This document shows, in pieces, positions 7,040 through 16,161 of a DNA stretch of 64,000 bases. Source of the DNA: Clostridia bacterium (GTDB lineage Bacteria > Bacillota > Clostridia > Oscillospirales > CAG-272); contig JAGASS010000029.1 of assembly GCA_017621655.1 (NCBI GenBank), positions 6,477-70,476 on the forward strand. The letters run 5' to 3'. The position numbers and the translations under genes were made by a program. How positions within the stretch are numbered: the first letter of the stretch is position 1; every line of letters begins with the position of its first letter. A model generated the notes under the pieces. That model was not told the DNA's origin. It was given only the letters and a program-made list of their open reading frames with translations, and searched no databases.

Positions 7040-9694
7040 TTATTCGTGACGCTTATGCTTGGTGCAGAGCTTGACAAGCTCGACGATCGGGATTGTCGAG
7101 AATGCAAGACCGATAGCGATAGCGTATTCTTCCCAGCCGATCGGAACGAATCCGAAGAGGTTGCTGAGGAAGGGAATCTCAACGAGTGCGGTTGTGAGAA
7201 CCAGCGATACGAGCATTGAACCCCAAAGGATCATATTGTGAGTCTTGAGCTTGAAGATCGATCCGTGTGAACGGAGGTTGAAGGAATGGAATATCTCTGC
7301 CATCGACATAGCGAGGAACGCGAGAGTTATACCGTGGTCACTGTTACCGATGCCCCAATGATTGAACTGGAAGCGGTAGCCGATGAAGTAAGCTGCAAGC
7401 GTTATCGCCGAGATCATAAGACCCTGATATGCGATGTTGAAGCCCATGCCGCCTGCAAAGATGCCTTCGTTGCTCTTACGCGGCTTGCGGGTCATGATAT
7501 TCGGCTCTGCCTTTTCGGTTCCAAGCGCGAGTGCGGGAACGGAGTCGGTTACGAGGTTGATGAAGAGAAGATGCGGTGCTTTGAGAATGGTGAATCCGCA
7601 GAGCGTTGCGGTAAATACGCTTATGACCTCGGAGAGGTTAGAGGAGAGAAGGAACTGAATACACTTCGTGATGTTATCGTAGATTCGTCTTCCTTCGGCA
7701 ACTGCGGAGACGATGGTTGCGAAGTTATCGTCGGCGAGTATCATGTCGGCGACGTTCTTCGTAACGTCGGTTCCCGTTATACCCATACCGATACCGATGT
7801 CGGCACTCTTTATAGAGGGCGCGTCGTTTACGCCGTCGCCCGTCATTGCGGTTACCATTCCGCGCTTACGCCAAGCGTTGACTATTCTCGTCTTATGCTC
7901 GGGCTGAACGCGTGCGTAGACAGAATACTTCGTTACCGCTTCGTCGAATTCCTCGTCGGTGTACTTATCTATCTCTGCGCCTGTTATTGCTTCCGATGCG
8001 TCGGAGATGATTCCGAGCGTCTTTGCAATAGCAACGGCAGTGTCCTTGTGGTCACCCGTTATCATTATCGGGCGGACGCCTGCAAGCACGCACTGCTTGA
8101 CTGCTTCGGTTACCTCGGGACGAACGGGGTCGATCATTCCTGTTAGACCTATAAATACAAGCTCGTGTTCAAGCGCGTTTGGCGAGCAGTCGCTCGGTAT
8201 TGCAGGGTGCTTTTTGTATGCGCAGGCGAGAACGCGTAGCGCCTGGGAGGCGAACTCGGTATTCTTCGCGAGGATCTCTTTCCTGTACGCATCGGTAAGC
8301 GCGACCTCGCTTCCGTTAACGAGTATCTTCGTGCAACGCGCGAGAAGCTCGTCGGGTGCGCCCTTTGTATACTGAATTATATTACCGTTATCGTTATGAA
8401 CGGTGGACATCATCTTTCTACCCGAGTCGAAGGGTGCTTCGCCTACACGGGGAGATGTCTTTTCGATCTCATTCTTATGAAGACCGAGCTTCGTTGCGTA
8501 GTTAACGAGCGCACATTCGGTCGGCTCGCCGACTGCTTCGCCGCTTTCATCGGGGCTAGCGTCGGAGCAGAGTGCCATGCCGATAGCGAGAAGGTTATTA
8601 TCGCTTCCCCAGCTGTCAACAACGGTCATCTTGTTCTGAGTAAGAGTACCTGTCTTATCGGAGCAGATTATCTGAGTACAGCCGAGCGTCTCAACTGCGG
8701 TAAGGCGACGGATGATCGCGTTCTGCTTGGACATCTTGGTGACGCCCATCGAAAGAACGATGGTAACGACTGCGGCAAGTCCCTCGGGAATTGCTGCGAC
8801 CGCAAGGGATACGGCAGGCATAAATGCGTCCTCGAGAATGACCTTAAAGGCGTTCTTTGCGGTGAGAACGTCTCTGTTCATGAACAGAGTGAAGGCGAAC
8901 ATAAACGCGCAGATACCGAGAACGAGCCAAGTAAGTATCTTGGAAAGCTGAGAGAGCTTCTTCTGAAGAGGAGTTTCGCCCTCCTCTGCTTCGGTGATCG
9001 CGGTTGCGATCTTACCCATTTCGGTGTTCATACCGATTCCGGTAACTACCATAACGCCGCGTCCGTAAACGACGACGCTACCCATGTAGCACATGTTCTT
9101 TCTGTCGCCAAGCGGAACGTCACCGTTATCTGCGGCGGTAAGAACGTGATCGACCTTATCGGAAGGAACGCTTTCTCCCGTCAGCGCCGCTTCCTCGATC
9201 TTCATGCTCGCGCTTTCGAGTATTCGTCCGTCGGCAGGGACTGCGTCTCCTGCTTCGAGGATGACGATATCACCGATAACGAGGTCTTCGCTTCGAACGG
9301 TAACGAGCTTGCCGTCGCGTATGACCTTTGAGGTCGCCGCCGCCATTTCCTTCAGCGCGTCAATGGCTTTTTCCGCCTTGCTCTCCTGAACGACGCCGAG
9401 TACGGTGTTGAGGATGACGACCGCGAGAATGATGAATACGTCAGTCGGGAGCTTGTCGGGATGGAGCGAAAGCTCGGTTACTGCCGATACGATCGCCGCG
9501 CCGATAAGCACGAGTACCATCGGATCGACAAGCTGGGAGATGATCCTCTGGAAAAGAGTTATCTTCTTTCCTTCCGCAAGCTTGTTCTTTCCGTCGCGTG
9601 CCTGACGGCTTTCTGCCTCGGCGGTGCTCAGACCGTCAAGCGAGGAGGAAACGCCACTCAGCACTTCTTCTTTTTCGGTTAGATAATGCTTCAT
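7040..9694 (-). CDS. P-type cation-transporting ATPase, type IIA (Ca2+/Mn2+ family)
   Basis: 884 aa. Motifs CSDKTGTLT, PEGL, TGDHKDTA and TGDGVNDAPS, with 10-TM type architecture. Confidence 0.9.
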   Translation of the reverse strand: MKHYLTEKEEVLSGVSSSLDGLSTAEAESRQARDGKNKLAEGKKITLFQRIISQLVDPMVLVLIGAAIVSAVTELSLHPDKLPTDVFIILAVVILNTVLGVVQESKAEKAIDALKEMAAATSKVIRDGKLVTVRSEDLVIGDIVILEAGDAVPADGRILESASMKIEEAALTGESVPSDKVDHVLTAADNGDVPLGDRKNMCYMGSVVVYGRGVMVVTGIGMNTEMGKIATAITEAEEGETPLQKKLSQLSKILTWLVLGICAFMFAFTLFMNRDVLTAKNAFKVILEDAFMPAVSLAVAAIPEGLAAVVTIVLSMGVTKMSKQNAIIRRLTAVETLGCTQIICSDKTGTLTQNKMTVVDSWGSDNNLLAIGMALCSDASPDESGEAVGEPTECALVNYATKLGLHKNEIEKTSPRVGEAPFDSGRKMMSTVHNDNGNIIQYTKGAPDELLARCTKILVNGSEVALTDAYRKEILAKNTEFASQALRVLACAYKKHPAIPSDCSPNALEHELVFIGLTGMIDPVRPEVTEAVKQCVLAGVRPIMITGDHKDTAVAIAKTLGIISDASEAITGAEIDKYTDEEFDEAVTKYSVYARVQPEHKTRIVNAWRKRGMVTAMTGDGVNDAPSIKSADIGIGMGITGTDVTKNVADMILADDNFATIVSAVAEGRRIYDNITKCIQFLLSSNLSEVISVFTATLCGFTILKAPHLLFINLVTDSVPALALGTEKAEPNIMTRKPRKSNEGIFAGGMGFNIAYQGLMISAITLAAYFIGYRFQFNHWGIGNSDHGITLAFLAMSMAEIFHSFNLRSHGSIFKLKTHNMILWGSMLVSLVLTTALVEIPFLSNLFGFVPIGWEEYAIAIGLAFSTIPIVELVKLCTKHKRHE

Positions 9695-9736
9695 TTTTAT
9701 TTAATTCCTTTCGGATTTTTTTACGTAATTATTTTC

Positions 9737-9868
9737 AAAATAAAAATAACGAGCCAATGCACGGAAAAATGCCGCACACAGTCTCGTTCATTAAGTCAAG
9801 TCAATCGGAAGATGTTTTCCGCGGGATGGTTGGCTTGACACGCTTACGCGCAAACTACTCCCTATGTT
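9737..9868 (-). promoter_or_regulatory. Probable yybP-ykoY (Mn2+) riboswitch with terminator expression platform
   Basis: Minus-strand leader ACAUAGGGAGUAG...GUCAAG...AUUGAC...AACGAGACUGUGU. ACAUA pairs with UGUGU. The 3' aptamer strand is also the 5' arm of the hairpin AACGAG...CUCGUU, which is followed by AUUUUUAUUUU. Confidence 0.6.
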
Positions 9869-9874
9869 ACGGTA

Positions 9875-9903
9875 ATTTTAGCACATATTTTCTTATTTGT
9901 CAA
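9875..9903 (-). promoter_or_regulatory. Sigma-A promoter of the riboswitch-ATPase transcript
   Basis: Minus strand TTGACA (9903-9898), 17-nt spacer, TAAAAT (9880-9875). Confidence 0.7.
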
Positions 9904-9918
9904 GGAATTGCGCCGATA

Positions 9919-10692
9919 TTATTTAAGAATTATTCCGCCCATCATAAGTCCGCGCTTGCCGTGACTTGCGCGGTGAGAGAAAAATACGTCGCTTTCACAG
10001 CAGGTGCAGGAGTGGCAAATATTGATGCTTTCGTCTTTTATGCCCGAGATGGTTAGAAGATGCCGGTTCATCTCAGGCAGGTCTGCGTAGAAATAACCTT
10101 CTTTGTCGCTCGGCGTTATATACTGAAGAAGCTCGATTCCGTATTCGGCTTCCTCTACTGCGTTAACGAAGGGAATATCGACCTCGTAACAGCAGGCGTG
10201 AATACAAGGACCTATCGCGACCTTTATATTTTCAGCCGACGCGCCGAGCATGATCATCTTCTTTACCGCGTTGACGGCAATTCCATTGACAGTTCCGCGC
10301 CAGCCGGCGTGGACCGCACCGATAACGCCCGAATCATCGTAAAGAAGGATCGGAACGCAGTCCGCGACCTTGACGGTGAGAAGCAGGTCCTTTTCATTAG
10401 TGACGAAGCCGTCACATTCGAAATGACGCCCCAAGTCGTTTTTTGTTACGATTTCAACGATGTTCGAATGTATCTGCTTTGCCGAGAACATATTTGAAAT
10501 ATCGCCGCCGAGCGCCGAAGCAAAGCGGCGACGGTTTTCTCTTACGTCCTTTTCTGCTCCCATACCGAGGTCGAGCGTGTCAAGCCCGTCTCCGCGGCTG
10601 ACCCCGCCCTCGCGGGTCGAGAATCCGTGAAAGCAGCTTATGTTATCCGATATTAAAAGCGGCAATGCGCCCGTTTTTCTGAATCCGCCCAT
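9919..10692 (-). CDS. pgeF: Peptidoglycan editing factor PgeF / YfiH (DUF152, laccase-domain protein)
   Basis: 257 aa. Motifs QIHSNIV, DGFVTN, VADCVPILLYD, HAGWRG and CCYEV. Confidence 0.85.
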   Translation of the reverse strand: MGGFRKTGALPLLISDNISCFHGFSTREGGVSRGDGLDTLDLGMGAEKDVRENRRRFASALGGDISNMFSAKQIHSNIVEIVTKNDLGRHFECDGFVTNEKDLLLTVKVADCVPILLYDDSGVIGAVHAGWRGTVNGIAVNAVKKMIMLGASAENIKVAIGPCIHACCYEVDIPFVNAVEEAEYGIELLQYITPSDKEGYFYADLPEMNRHLLTISGIKDESINICHSCTCCESDVFFSHRASHGKRGLMMGGIILK

Positions 10693-10862
10693 TTTTATTT
10701 TCCTTTCGGTTTCATATAACTATTATATTACATTTTTTCCCAATTATCAATAGAAAAGAGATGATAGGGAAAATCTTTGCGCGATATAACTCTTGCGGTG
10801 CACACGGGGCGTTACAGCGGAAGGAGCAAGCCCCTCCCCTACCAACAAAGTTTAAGCATTTT

Positions 10863-11012
10863 CTTAAACCGAAAGGGAATTCCAAAGGGGAAAACGTGTG
10901 AAAATTTGCTATCGCAAATTTTCATCGGTTTGCCCCTTGGCGGTTTTCTTTGCGCAGGTTTGCGAAGCAAAACTGCTTGTTTCATTTGCACGGGCAAAGA
11001 AATGCGGAAAAT
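10863..11012 (+). repeat. Module A repeat, copy 1
   Basis: CTTAAACCGAAAGGG..CCAAAGGGGAAAACG..AAAATTTGC-TATC-GCAAATTTT..GGTTTGCCCCTTGG..GGTTTGCGAAGCAAAAC..GCAAAGAAATGCGG. Matches 46952..47094 and the reverse complement of 61886..62012. Confidence 0.8.
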
Positions 11013-11154
11013 TTCACATCATATTTTTCTCTGCGTAAAATAATTACTGTAAGGGCATCAATTTTTTCTTAGCGCGAATATTATTCCCACGCCTGCCGAA
11101 AAATAGTAATGAGCTCTTACGAAGAAGAACAAAAAAACCGAAAGGAAAAATATT

Positions 11155-11544
11155 ATGACGTGTAAACGCGGAGATATATTTTACGCCGACCTGAGTCCCG
11201 TCGTCGGCTCGGAGCAAGGAGGACTTCGTCCCGTTCTCATAATACAGAATGACGTCGGCAACAGGTACAGCCCGACAGTCATCGCCGCCGCGATAACCTC
11301 GCGCACGGGAAAAAACAAGCTTCCGACGCACATAGGCGTTGAGGCGATGATAAGCTCCGACACATCAAGCGGCGGACTTATGAAAAATTCCGTTATTCTG
11401 CTCGAGCAGGTGAGAACGCTTGACAAGACCCGACTTAAGGAAAAGATGGGTCATCTTGACGACAGCGTTATGAGACGCGTAAACGAAGCTATCGCCGTCA
11501 GCTTCGGGCTTGGCGGAAGCACACCGAATGAAATAATCGGTTGA
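11155..11544 (+). CDS. mazF: MazF/EndoA (NdoA)-type mRNA interferase toxin
   Basis: 129 aa. [30 protein letters not shown]...KLPTHIGV...[16 protein letters not shown] is closely similar to B. subtilis EndoA as I recall it. No antitoxin ORF lies upstream. Confidence 0.85.
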   Translation: MTCKRGDIFYADLSPVVGSEQGGLRPVLIIQNDVGNRYSPTVIAAAITSRTGKNKLPTHIGVEAMISSDTSSGGLMKNSVILLEQVRTLDKTRLKEKMGHLDDSVMRRVNEAIAVSFGLGGSTPNEIIG

Positions 11545-11601
11545 TACTTGAAAAAGTCCGCGCATCCGTGTATAATAGAAGTAAGAAACGGAGGTGCGGA
11601 A

Positions 11602-11892
11602 ATGAACGGAATATTAGATAAGATATGTAAGACCGTCATTGACGAGGTCAGCCCGAGCAAGGTGATCCTATACGGCGAAAAGAAAAACGGAGAGCAGCTG
11701 CGAGAGGCAAGCTTGCTTATCGTCGTGAAGGGCGATCCGAAGGAAGCCGAAAGACGGCTTTACCGCATTCTTGACTGCGACGTCGCTTTCAATCTGCTTG
11801 TATACAGAGAGGAAGATTTTATCCTCCTCGAAAAGGACGAAACGAGCTATGCGTACAGCATAATGTCGAAGGGCAGGGTGCTTTATGGGTAG
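11602..11892 (+). CDS. Minimal nucleotidyltransferase (MNT)-like protein with degenerate catalytic motifs
   Basis: ORF 11548..11892. Preferred start is MNGILDK at 11602, with GGAGGTG upstream. LYGEKKNG...EASLLIVV aligns to the MNT GS...DxD region, but Ser and both Asp are absent. Confidence 0.6.
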   Translation: MNGILDKICKTVIDEVSPSKVILYGEKKNGEQLREASLLIVVKGDPKEAERRLYRILDCDVAFNLLVYREEDFILLEKDETSYAYSIMSKGRVLYG

Positions 11893-12310
11893 AAGACGCG
11901 GAAGTCCGCACGACAGTAAAAGATACTTCGACTGGCTCGAGCGAGCAGAATGCGATCTTGATTCCGCGCGCATATTAAAGGATAATGACGGCGATAACTG
12001 CAACGCCGCATTCCACTGTCAGCAGTGCATCGAAAAGGCGCTAAAGGGTTATCTTCTCTATAAAAACGGCAAGCACGTTGACGGACATAACCTGACGTTT
12101 CTGTGCAGAAGCGCCTGTCGGATCGACAGAAAGTTTGACGAGTGGCTCGACGAAAGTACCTCGCTCAACAGATACTATATCGAAACGCGCTATCCTACCG
12201 ACGTTGGCTTCGATATTACAGATTCCGAGCTTGAGAGGGTCTATAAAATGGCACGCGATATGTACGCCTTTATTTTCAAGGTCATATCGGGTGAGGTAGT
12301 TCAAAAATAA
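11885..12310 (+). CDS. HEPN domain protein (partner of the MNT-like gene)
   Basis: 141 aa. AAFHCQQCIEKALKGYLL...GHNLTFL...YYIETRYP is the classic HEPN pattern of MNT-HEPN pairs. Overlaps the MNT-like gene by 8 nt. Confidence 0.75.
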   Translation: MGRRRGSPHDSKRYFDWLERAECDLDSARILKDNDGDNCNAAFHCQQCIEKALKGYLLYKNGKHVDGHNLTFLCRSACRIDRKFDEWLDESTSLNRYYIETRYPTDVGFDITDSELERVYKMARDMYAFIFKVISGEVVQK

Positions 12311-12314
12311 GGAT

Positions 12315-12349
12315 TAAAAAATACCGAAGCTTCTGCTTCGGTATTTTTG
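12315..12349. terminator. Bidirectional intrinsic terminator
   Basis: AAAAA-ATACCGAAGC-TTCT-GCTTCGGTAT-TTTT between convergent genes. Confidence 0.8.
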
Positions 12350-12366
12350 ATTCTCAAATTGACGGA

Positions 12367-12606
12367 TCAAACCTTTCCGAGGAAGGAAAGAACGCAAAGA
12401 ATGATATTTACGAGACCGTAAATTTCCATAAGAAGTCCGATGATTCCGCCAAAGATGCTAATTATCGGGAGGCTTGCAACAAGACCGATCACCCAGCCAA
12501 CGACTGCGCAGAAGATAATGCCGATTACGAGCCAAACGATAAGGGAAACAACGTCACCCTTCTTTGCCTTGAAGCCAAGGGGCCAAAATTTTTTAAGAAG
12601 ATCCAT
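12367..12606 (-). CDS. Small membrane protein (two predicted TM segments)
   Basis: 79 aa, hydrophobic core LIVWLVIGIIFCAVVGWVIGLV...IIGLLMEIYGLVNIIL. GAGAGGT RBS. Confidence 0.6.
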   Translation of the reverse strand: MDLLKKFWPLGFKAKKGDVVSLIVWLVIGIIFCAVVGWVIGLVASLPIISIFGGIIGLLMEIYGLVNIILCVLSFLGKV

Positions 12607-12705
12607 AATTATTACCTCTCAATTTTATGTAGTATCTATATTATAAACGCTCTTTTAACAAAATGCAAGAGTATTGTAAAAAATTTGTCGAAAAAGAAAA
12701 AACGG

Positions 12706-12734
12706 TAGACAAGAAGGTAAACAAGTAGTATAAT
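12706..12734 (+). promoter_or_regulatory. Candidate promoter at the head of the glycan island
   Basis: TAGACA (12706-12711), 17-nt spacer, TATAAT (12729-12734). Confidence 0.5.
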
Positions 12735-12764
12735 TAAGGTGGAAAAGAAAAGGAGATGGTTCCC

Positions 12765-13646
12765 ATGGCAGACAAACAGTACCTCGTGGCACTGACAAAT
12801 CAGAGTCACGGCAGAGTAGACGTTCACGACATAGGTAAGGGAGTTATCGACGAGTCCTCCCTCGTTTGGTCACATCAGTACGATCAACCTTCAATAGCAG
12901 GAGTAAAGCTCCGCCGTTATAAAGGACGCAAGGTCGTTCTTACGTCATACGGACACATGAGCGCGGCAATGATCGATTACGAGACACACGAGCAGCTCTA
13001 CGTGACCGATCATACGGGAGCAAATCCTCATTCTATAGAGCTTATCCCGTTTGACGATGGCAGATACCTTATCGCCGTTGCGTCGACCGTCGGATATGAC
13101 GTAAAATTTTTCGATCCCACAGAGGGCAGAGTTCCGTCGGTCGGTTGCGTTTACGCGCCCGACGGACACGGGGTGCTTTACGATCCCGATGAAAAGGTGC
13201 TCTGGATACTATGCGGTAACTATCTTTCGAAGAATGAGGTAACGTGGGAAAACGGCGAGGTGACTGTCAAGTGCCTTGCAAAATACGTAGCGCCCTCAGG
13301 CGGCGGACACGATCTTGCTCCCTATTACGGAGATAAGAATCGCCTTTGGGTGACCTTCCACCGCACAGTATATCAGTTCGATAAAACTACGGGCGAGTTC
13401 AGAACCGATTACGATGCCTTTCCTCTTATTCACTCCGAGGGAAGAAACGGTCAGATCAAGGGCATAGGCAATTTCGACGACGGCTCTTGTGTTAAGATAT
13501 ACCCCGACGGAAAGTGTCATCAGTGGACGTCAACCTCGATCCGCTTTATGAAGAAAAATAAAGACGGAAGCTTCGACAAGACGGCTATCACGTCGGAAAT
13601 GGGACATTACTACAAGATACGCGTATTCTGCGAGGATTATAACTGA
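12765..13646 (+). CDS. Hypothetical protein, probably beta-propeller-like; function unknown
   Basis: ORF 12756..13646. The second ATG (12765) has better spacing to AAGGAG. No signal peptide. The repetitive beta-strand-like pattern gives only a weak resemblance to DUF6528-type proteins, from memory. Confidence 0.5.
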   Translation: MADKQYLVALTNQSHGRVDVHDIGKGVIDESSLVWSHQYDQPSIAGVKLRRYKGRKVVLTSYGHMSAAMIDYETHEQLYVTDHTGANPHSIELIPFDDGRYLIAVASTVGYDVKFFDPTEGRVPSVGCVYAPDGHGVLYDPDEKVLWILCGNYLSKNEVTWENGEVTVKCLAKYVAPSGGGHDLAPYYGDKNRLWVTFHRTVYQFDKTTGEFRTDYDAFPLIHSEGRNGQIKGIGNFDDGSCVKIYPDGKCHQWTSTSIRFMKKNKDGSFDKTAITSEMGHYYKIRVFCEDYN

Positions 13647-13656
13647 GGACGGAAAT

Positions 13657-14289
13657 ATGAAAAACATTCATCTTTTGGGTAAGAAAATTCTTTTTGATAA
13701 GTCGAAGGTGCTTCTCGACTATAAGCCGAATACCGATTGGCTCGATTATTTCGAGCCGAAAAGCGGTGAATGGAAGTACGAGGACGGTGCGCTCATCGGA
13801 ATCGAAAACGGAAACAAGGGCGGAATTCTTTTCACGCGCGATTACTATAATGGTAACGTAATGCTCTCCTTCACCGTTTCGACGATACTTCCCGCGACCC
13901 GTGACCTTAACGCCGTTTTCTGTGCAAACTGGGACGACGAGGTCGATTATCTCGGACTTTCATACGTCTGCGGTCTTAACGGCTGGTACGAAAACAAGGC
14001 AGGTCTTGAAAGAAATATCGGCTACGGAGTCGGCTCGAATCTCTATTCTACGACGAGCTTGTATAAGTACACCCCCGGCACCGAGGTCAGAATGACCTGC
14101 GGAGTGATAGACGGTCATTCTTTTATGGTCGTTGACGACGTTCTCGTCTCGGAAATGATAGACCCGAATCCTATAAACGGCGGTCACGTTGGCTTTTCTG
14201 CCTACTGCACGATGCTACGCATAAAGGACATCGAGGTAAGAGAAATATGCTGGGAGCCGTTTGAACAGAAGTACGATCCGGAATTTTGA
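13657..14289 (+). CDS. Concanavalin-A-like lectin/glucanase-fold protein (YesU/DUF1961-like), tentative
   Basis: 210 aa. W..EDGALIG near the N-terminus and GGHVGFSAYCTMLRIKDIEV near the C-terminus resemble the YesU-type jelly-roll pattern. Confidence 0.4.
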   Translation: MKNIHLLGKKILFDKSKVLLDYKPNTDWLDYFEPKSGEWKYEDGALIGIENGNKGGILFTRDYYNGNVMLSFTVSTILPATRDLNAVFCANWDDEVDYLGLSYVCGLNGWYENKAGLERNIGYGVGSNLYSTTSLYKYTPGTEVRMTCGVIDGHSFMVVDDVLVSEMIDPNPINGGHVGFSAYCTMLRIKDIEVREICWEPFEQKYDPEF

Positions 14290-14334
14290 AATACAGAACG
14301 TAAAAAATAAAATCTAATACGGAAGGAGAAAGCC

Positions 14335-15741
14335 ATGAAAAAGCTTGTTTTACTTATTATTACTGCGTGCATGATCGTTACCTGCTTCGCCTGCGGTAAC
14401 AAAAAGAAAGACGATCTTCGAGTTAGGATACCCATTTATCCGGATCCGACGCCGTGGGCGAAGCTCCCCGAGTACAACTTCAAGGGCGCGGATTTCCGTA
14501 TCAGTAACAGGGAAGAATACGGCGGACTTGAGGTCGTCGTTGATGACGAGACCTCAGAGGATATCGTCGACGAGGCACTTTTGTTGAGAAATGCAAAGGT
14601 CGAAGACAGATACAACGTTGAGATCGTCCGTCAGGACAATTCTTCCGCTTCGCATATTAATACCGTCCTTTCCGACCTTGCCGCGAAAAAAGGCACGTTT
14701 GACCTTGCAATGACGAGCGCGGGTGAAAGCTCGCCTATTATCACAAGCGGCGCCGTTTACGACTGGGCAAAGCTTCCTTACACCCACCTTGACGAGTCTT
14801 TCTGGCTCGGCAAAATGAACGAGGCGTTCACCGTGCAGGGCGTTATCTATACCGCTGTTTCCAAGATGTGCATTTCTACTGTCGCCAAGACATCCGCCTT
14901 GGCGTATAACCGCACTCTCGGTGAGGCTTGGAAAGGAAAAAATTTCACGAAAGAGCTTATCGATACCGTTTGCGACGGCGACTGGACCTATGATGAGCTG
15001 ATGAGCATTATCAATAAGTACGGATCGCAGGATGACAGCTGCGCGTTCTATATGACCGCGGACGAATCTATTGATACCTGGCACGCCGTATGGGAGATCC
15101 CCTGCGTAGAGAACGACGCGGAAAAGGGTCTGACTGACGTTTATATGAATGAAAAGCTCCGTTCATTTACAAGCAGAATGCATACGATGTACTACGATAC
15201 CGACGGTATTCGCTACGGCACTAAGGAAGAAGCAATAGGCGCGTTTATGGACGATAAGGCGCTTTTCACGACGATCACTATGTCAGATGCCCTTGACGTT
15301 CTGCACGGAAAATCCGGCTACATGATCATTCCTCAGCCGAAATACGATGATAATCAGAAAGAATACAGATCTGCCATGTATGCCGACTACTCCGTAATGT
15401 CGGCACCCAATACAGCCGATCCCACTCTTGTTTCTCTAATCGTTGAAGCGCTCTCTGTGGCTTCCGAGATGCATAACTATCCGACATACAAGCACGACGC
15501 GCTGCAGGCGATGACAACGGCTGACGCTGAATCGACGTTCGACATCGTTCTTGAAAAAGCTTCATGGGATATCGCAACGCTTCTTTCTTCGGAGGTAAAT
15601 ATGATCGGGCTTGTTCGGAACGACGTTCTCGACAACCCCGGTAACAGCAAGCTTGAAGAGTCATATATTGATATGAAGGACACGATTGCGGACATCCTCG
15701 CGGAAGTAATGAGCGCCGTTGACGAAAAATCCGAAAGCTGA
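14335..15741 (+). CDS. SBP-like lipoprotein 1 (ABC-type solute-binding fold, putative glycan binding)
   Basis: 468 aa. Signal MKKLVLLIITACMIVTCFAC|G. DFRISNRE...VVDDETSEDIVDEALLLRNAKVEDRYNVEI is typical of a Clostridia lipoprotein SBP subfamily as I recall it. Paralogue of 16162..17604. Confidence 0.5.
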   Translation: MKKLVLLIITACMIVTCFACGNKKKDDLRVRIPIYPDPTPWAKLPEYNFKGADFRISNREEYGGLEVVVDDETSEDIVDEALLLRNAKVEDRYNVEIVRQDNSSASHINTVLSDLAAKKGTFDLAMTSAGESSPIITSGAVYDWAKLPYTHLDESFWLGKMNEAFTVQGVIYTAVSKMCISTVAKTSALAYNRTLGEAWKGKNFTKELIDTVCDGDWTYDELMSIINKYGSQDDSCAFYMTADESIDTWHAVWEIPCVENDAEKGLTDVYMNEKLRSFTSRMHTMYYDTDGIRYGTKEEAIGAFMDDKALFTTITMSDALDVLHGKSGYMIIPQPKYDDNQKEYRSAMYADYSVMSAPNTADPTLVSLIVEALSVASEMHNYPTYKHDALQAMTTADAESTFDIVLEKASWDIATLLSSEVNMIGLVRNDVLDNPGNSKLEESYIDMKDTIADILAEVMSAVDEKSES

Positions 15742-16161
15742 AAGCTTGATCCTTAACGAAAAACGTCTTAGGGACACGGTCTGCTTTTCTTCGCGATTCA
15801 TCTGTTGTTCACATATCCATCACAATTGTTTACATTTGATGACAAATAAATGATAATTTAAGACAAATTTCTTATAGAAGAAAAATCGGTTGCGTGTTAT
15901 ACTAATTTTGCAAAAAAGCGATAAAAATTCCCCGAAATTTGGCGCTAATATGTTATAATTGCAAAATATTTCCCATCAAAAGTTAAAAAAACATGAATTA
16001 ATCGAAGTTTTTTGTAACAATTGCGAAAAAGCTAAAAGAGGAATTTTAACATATTGCACAAGAAACGGATACCGATTTTGCAATGTCACGGTTTTAACAT
16101 TTGCCGTATCGTATACGCAAATGTCAAAATATAAAAAATATTTCCAAAAAGGAGAAAATTT

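Noticed and set aside
11106-11162. 18-codon micro-ORF ([18 protein letters not shown]) overlapping the mazF start, considered as a possible antitoxin
   Set aside because: It is far shorter than any MazE/EndoAI-type antitoxin, has no DNA-binding fold potential and no RBS. It is recorded only because the expected antitoxin gene is missing.
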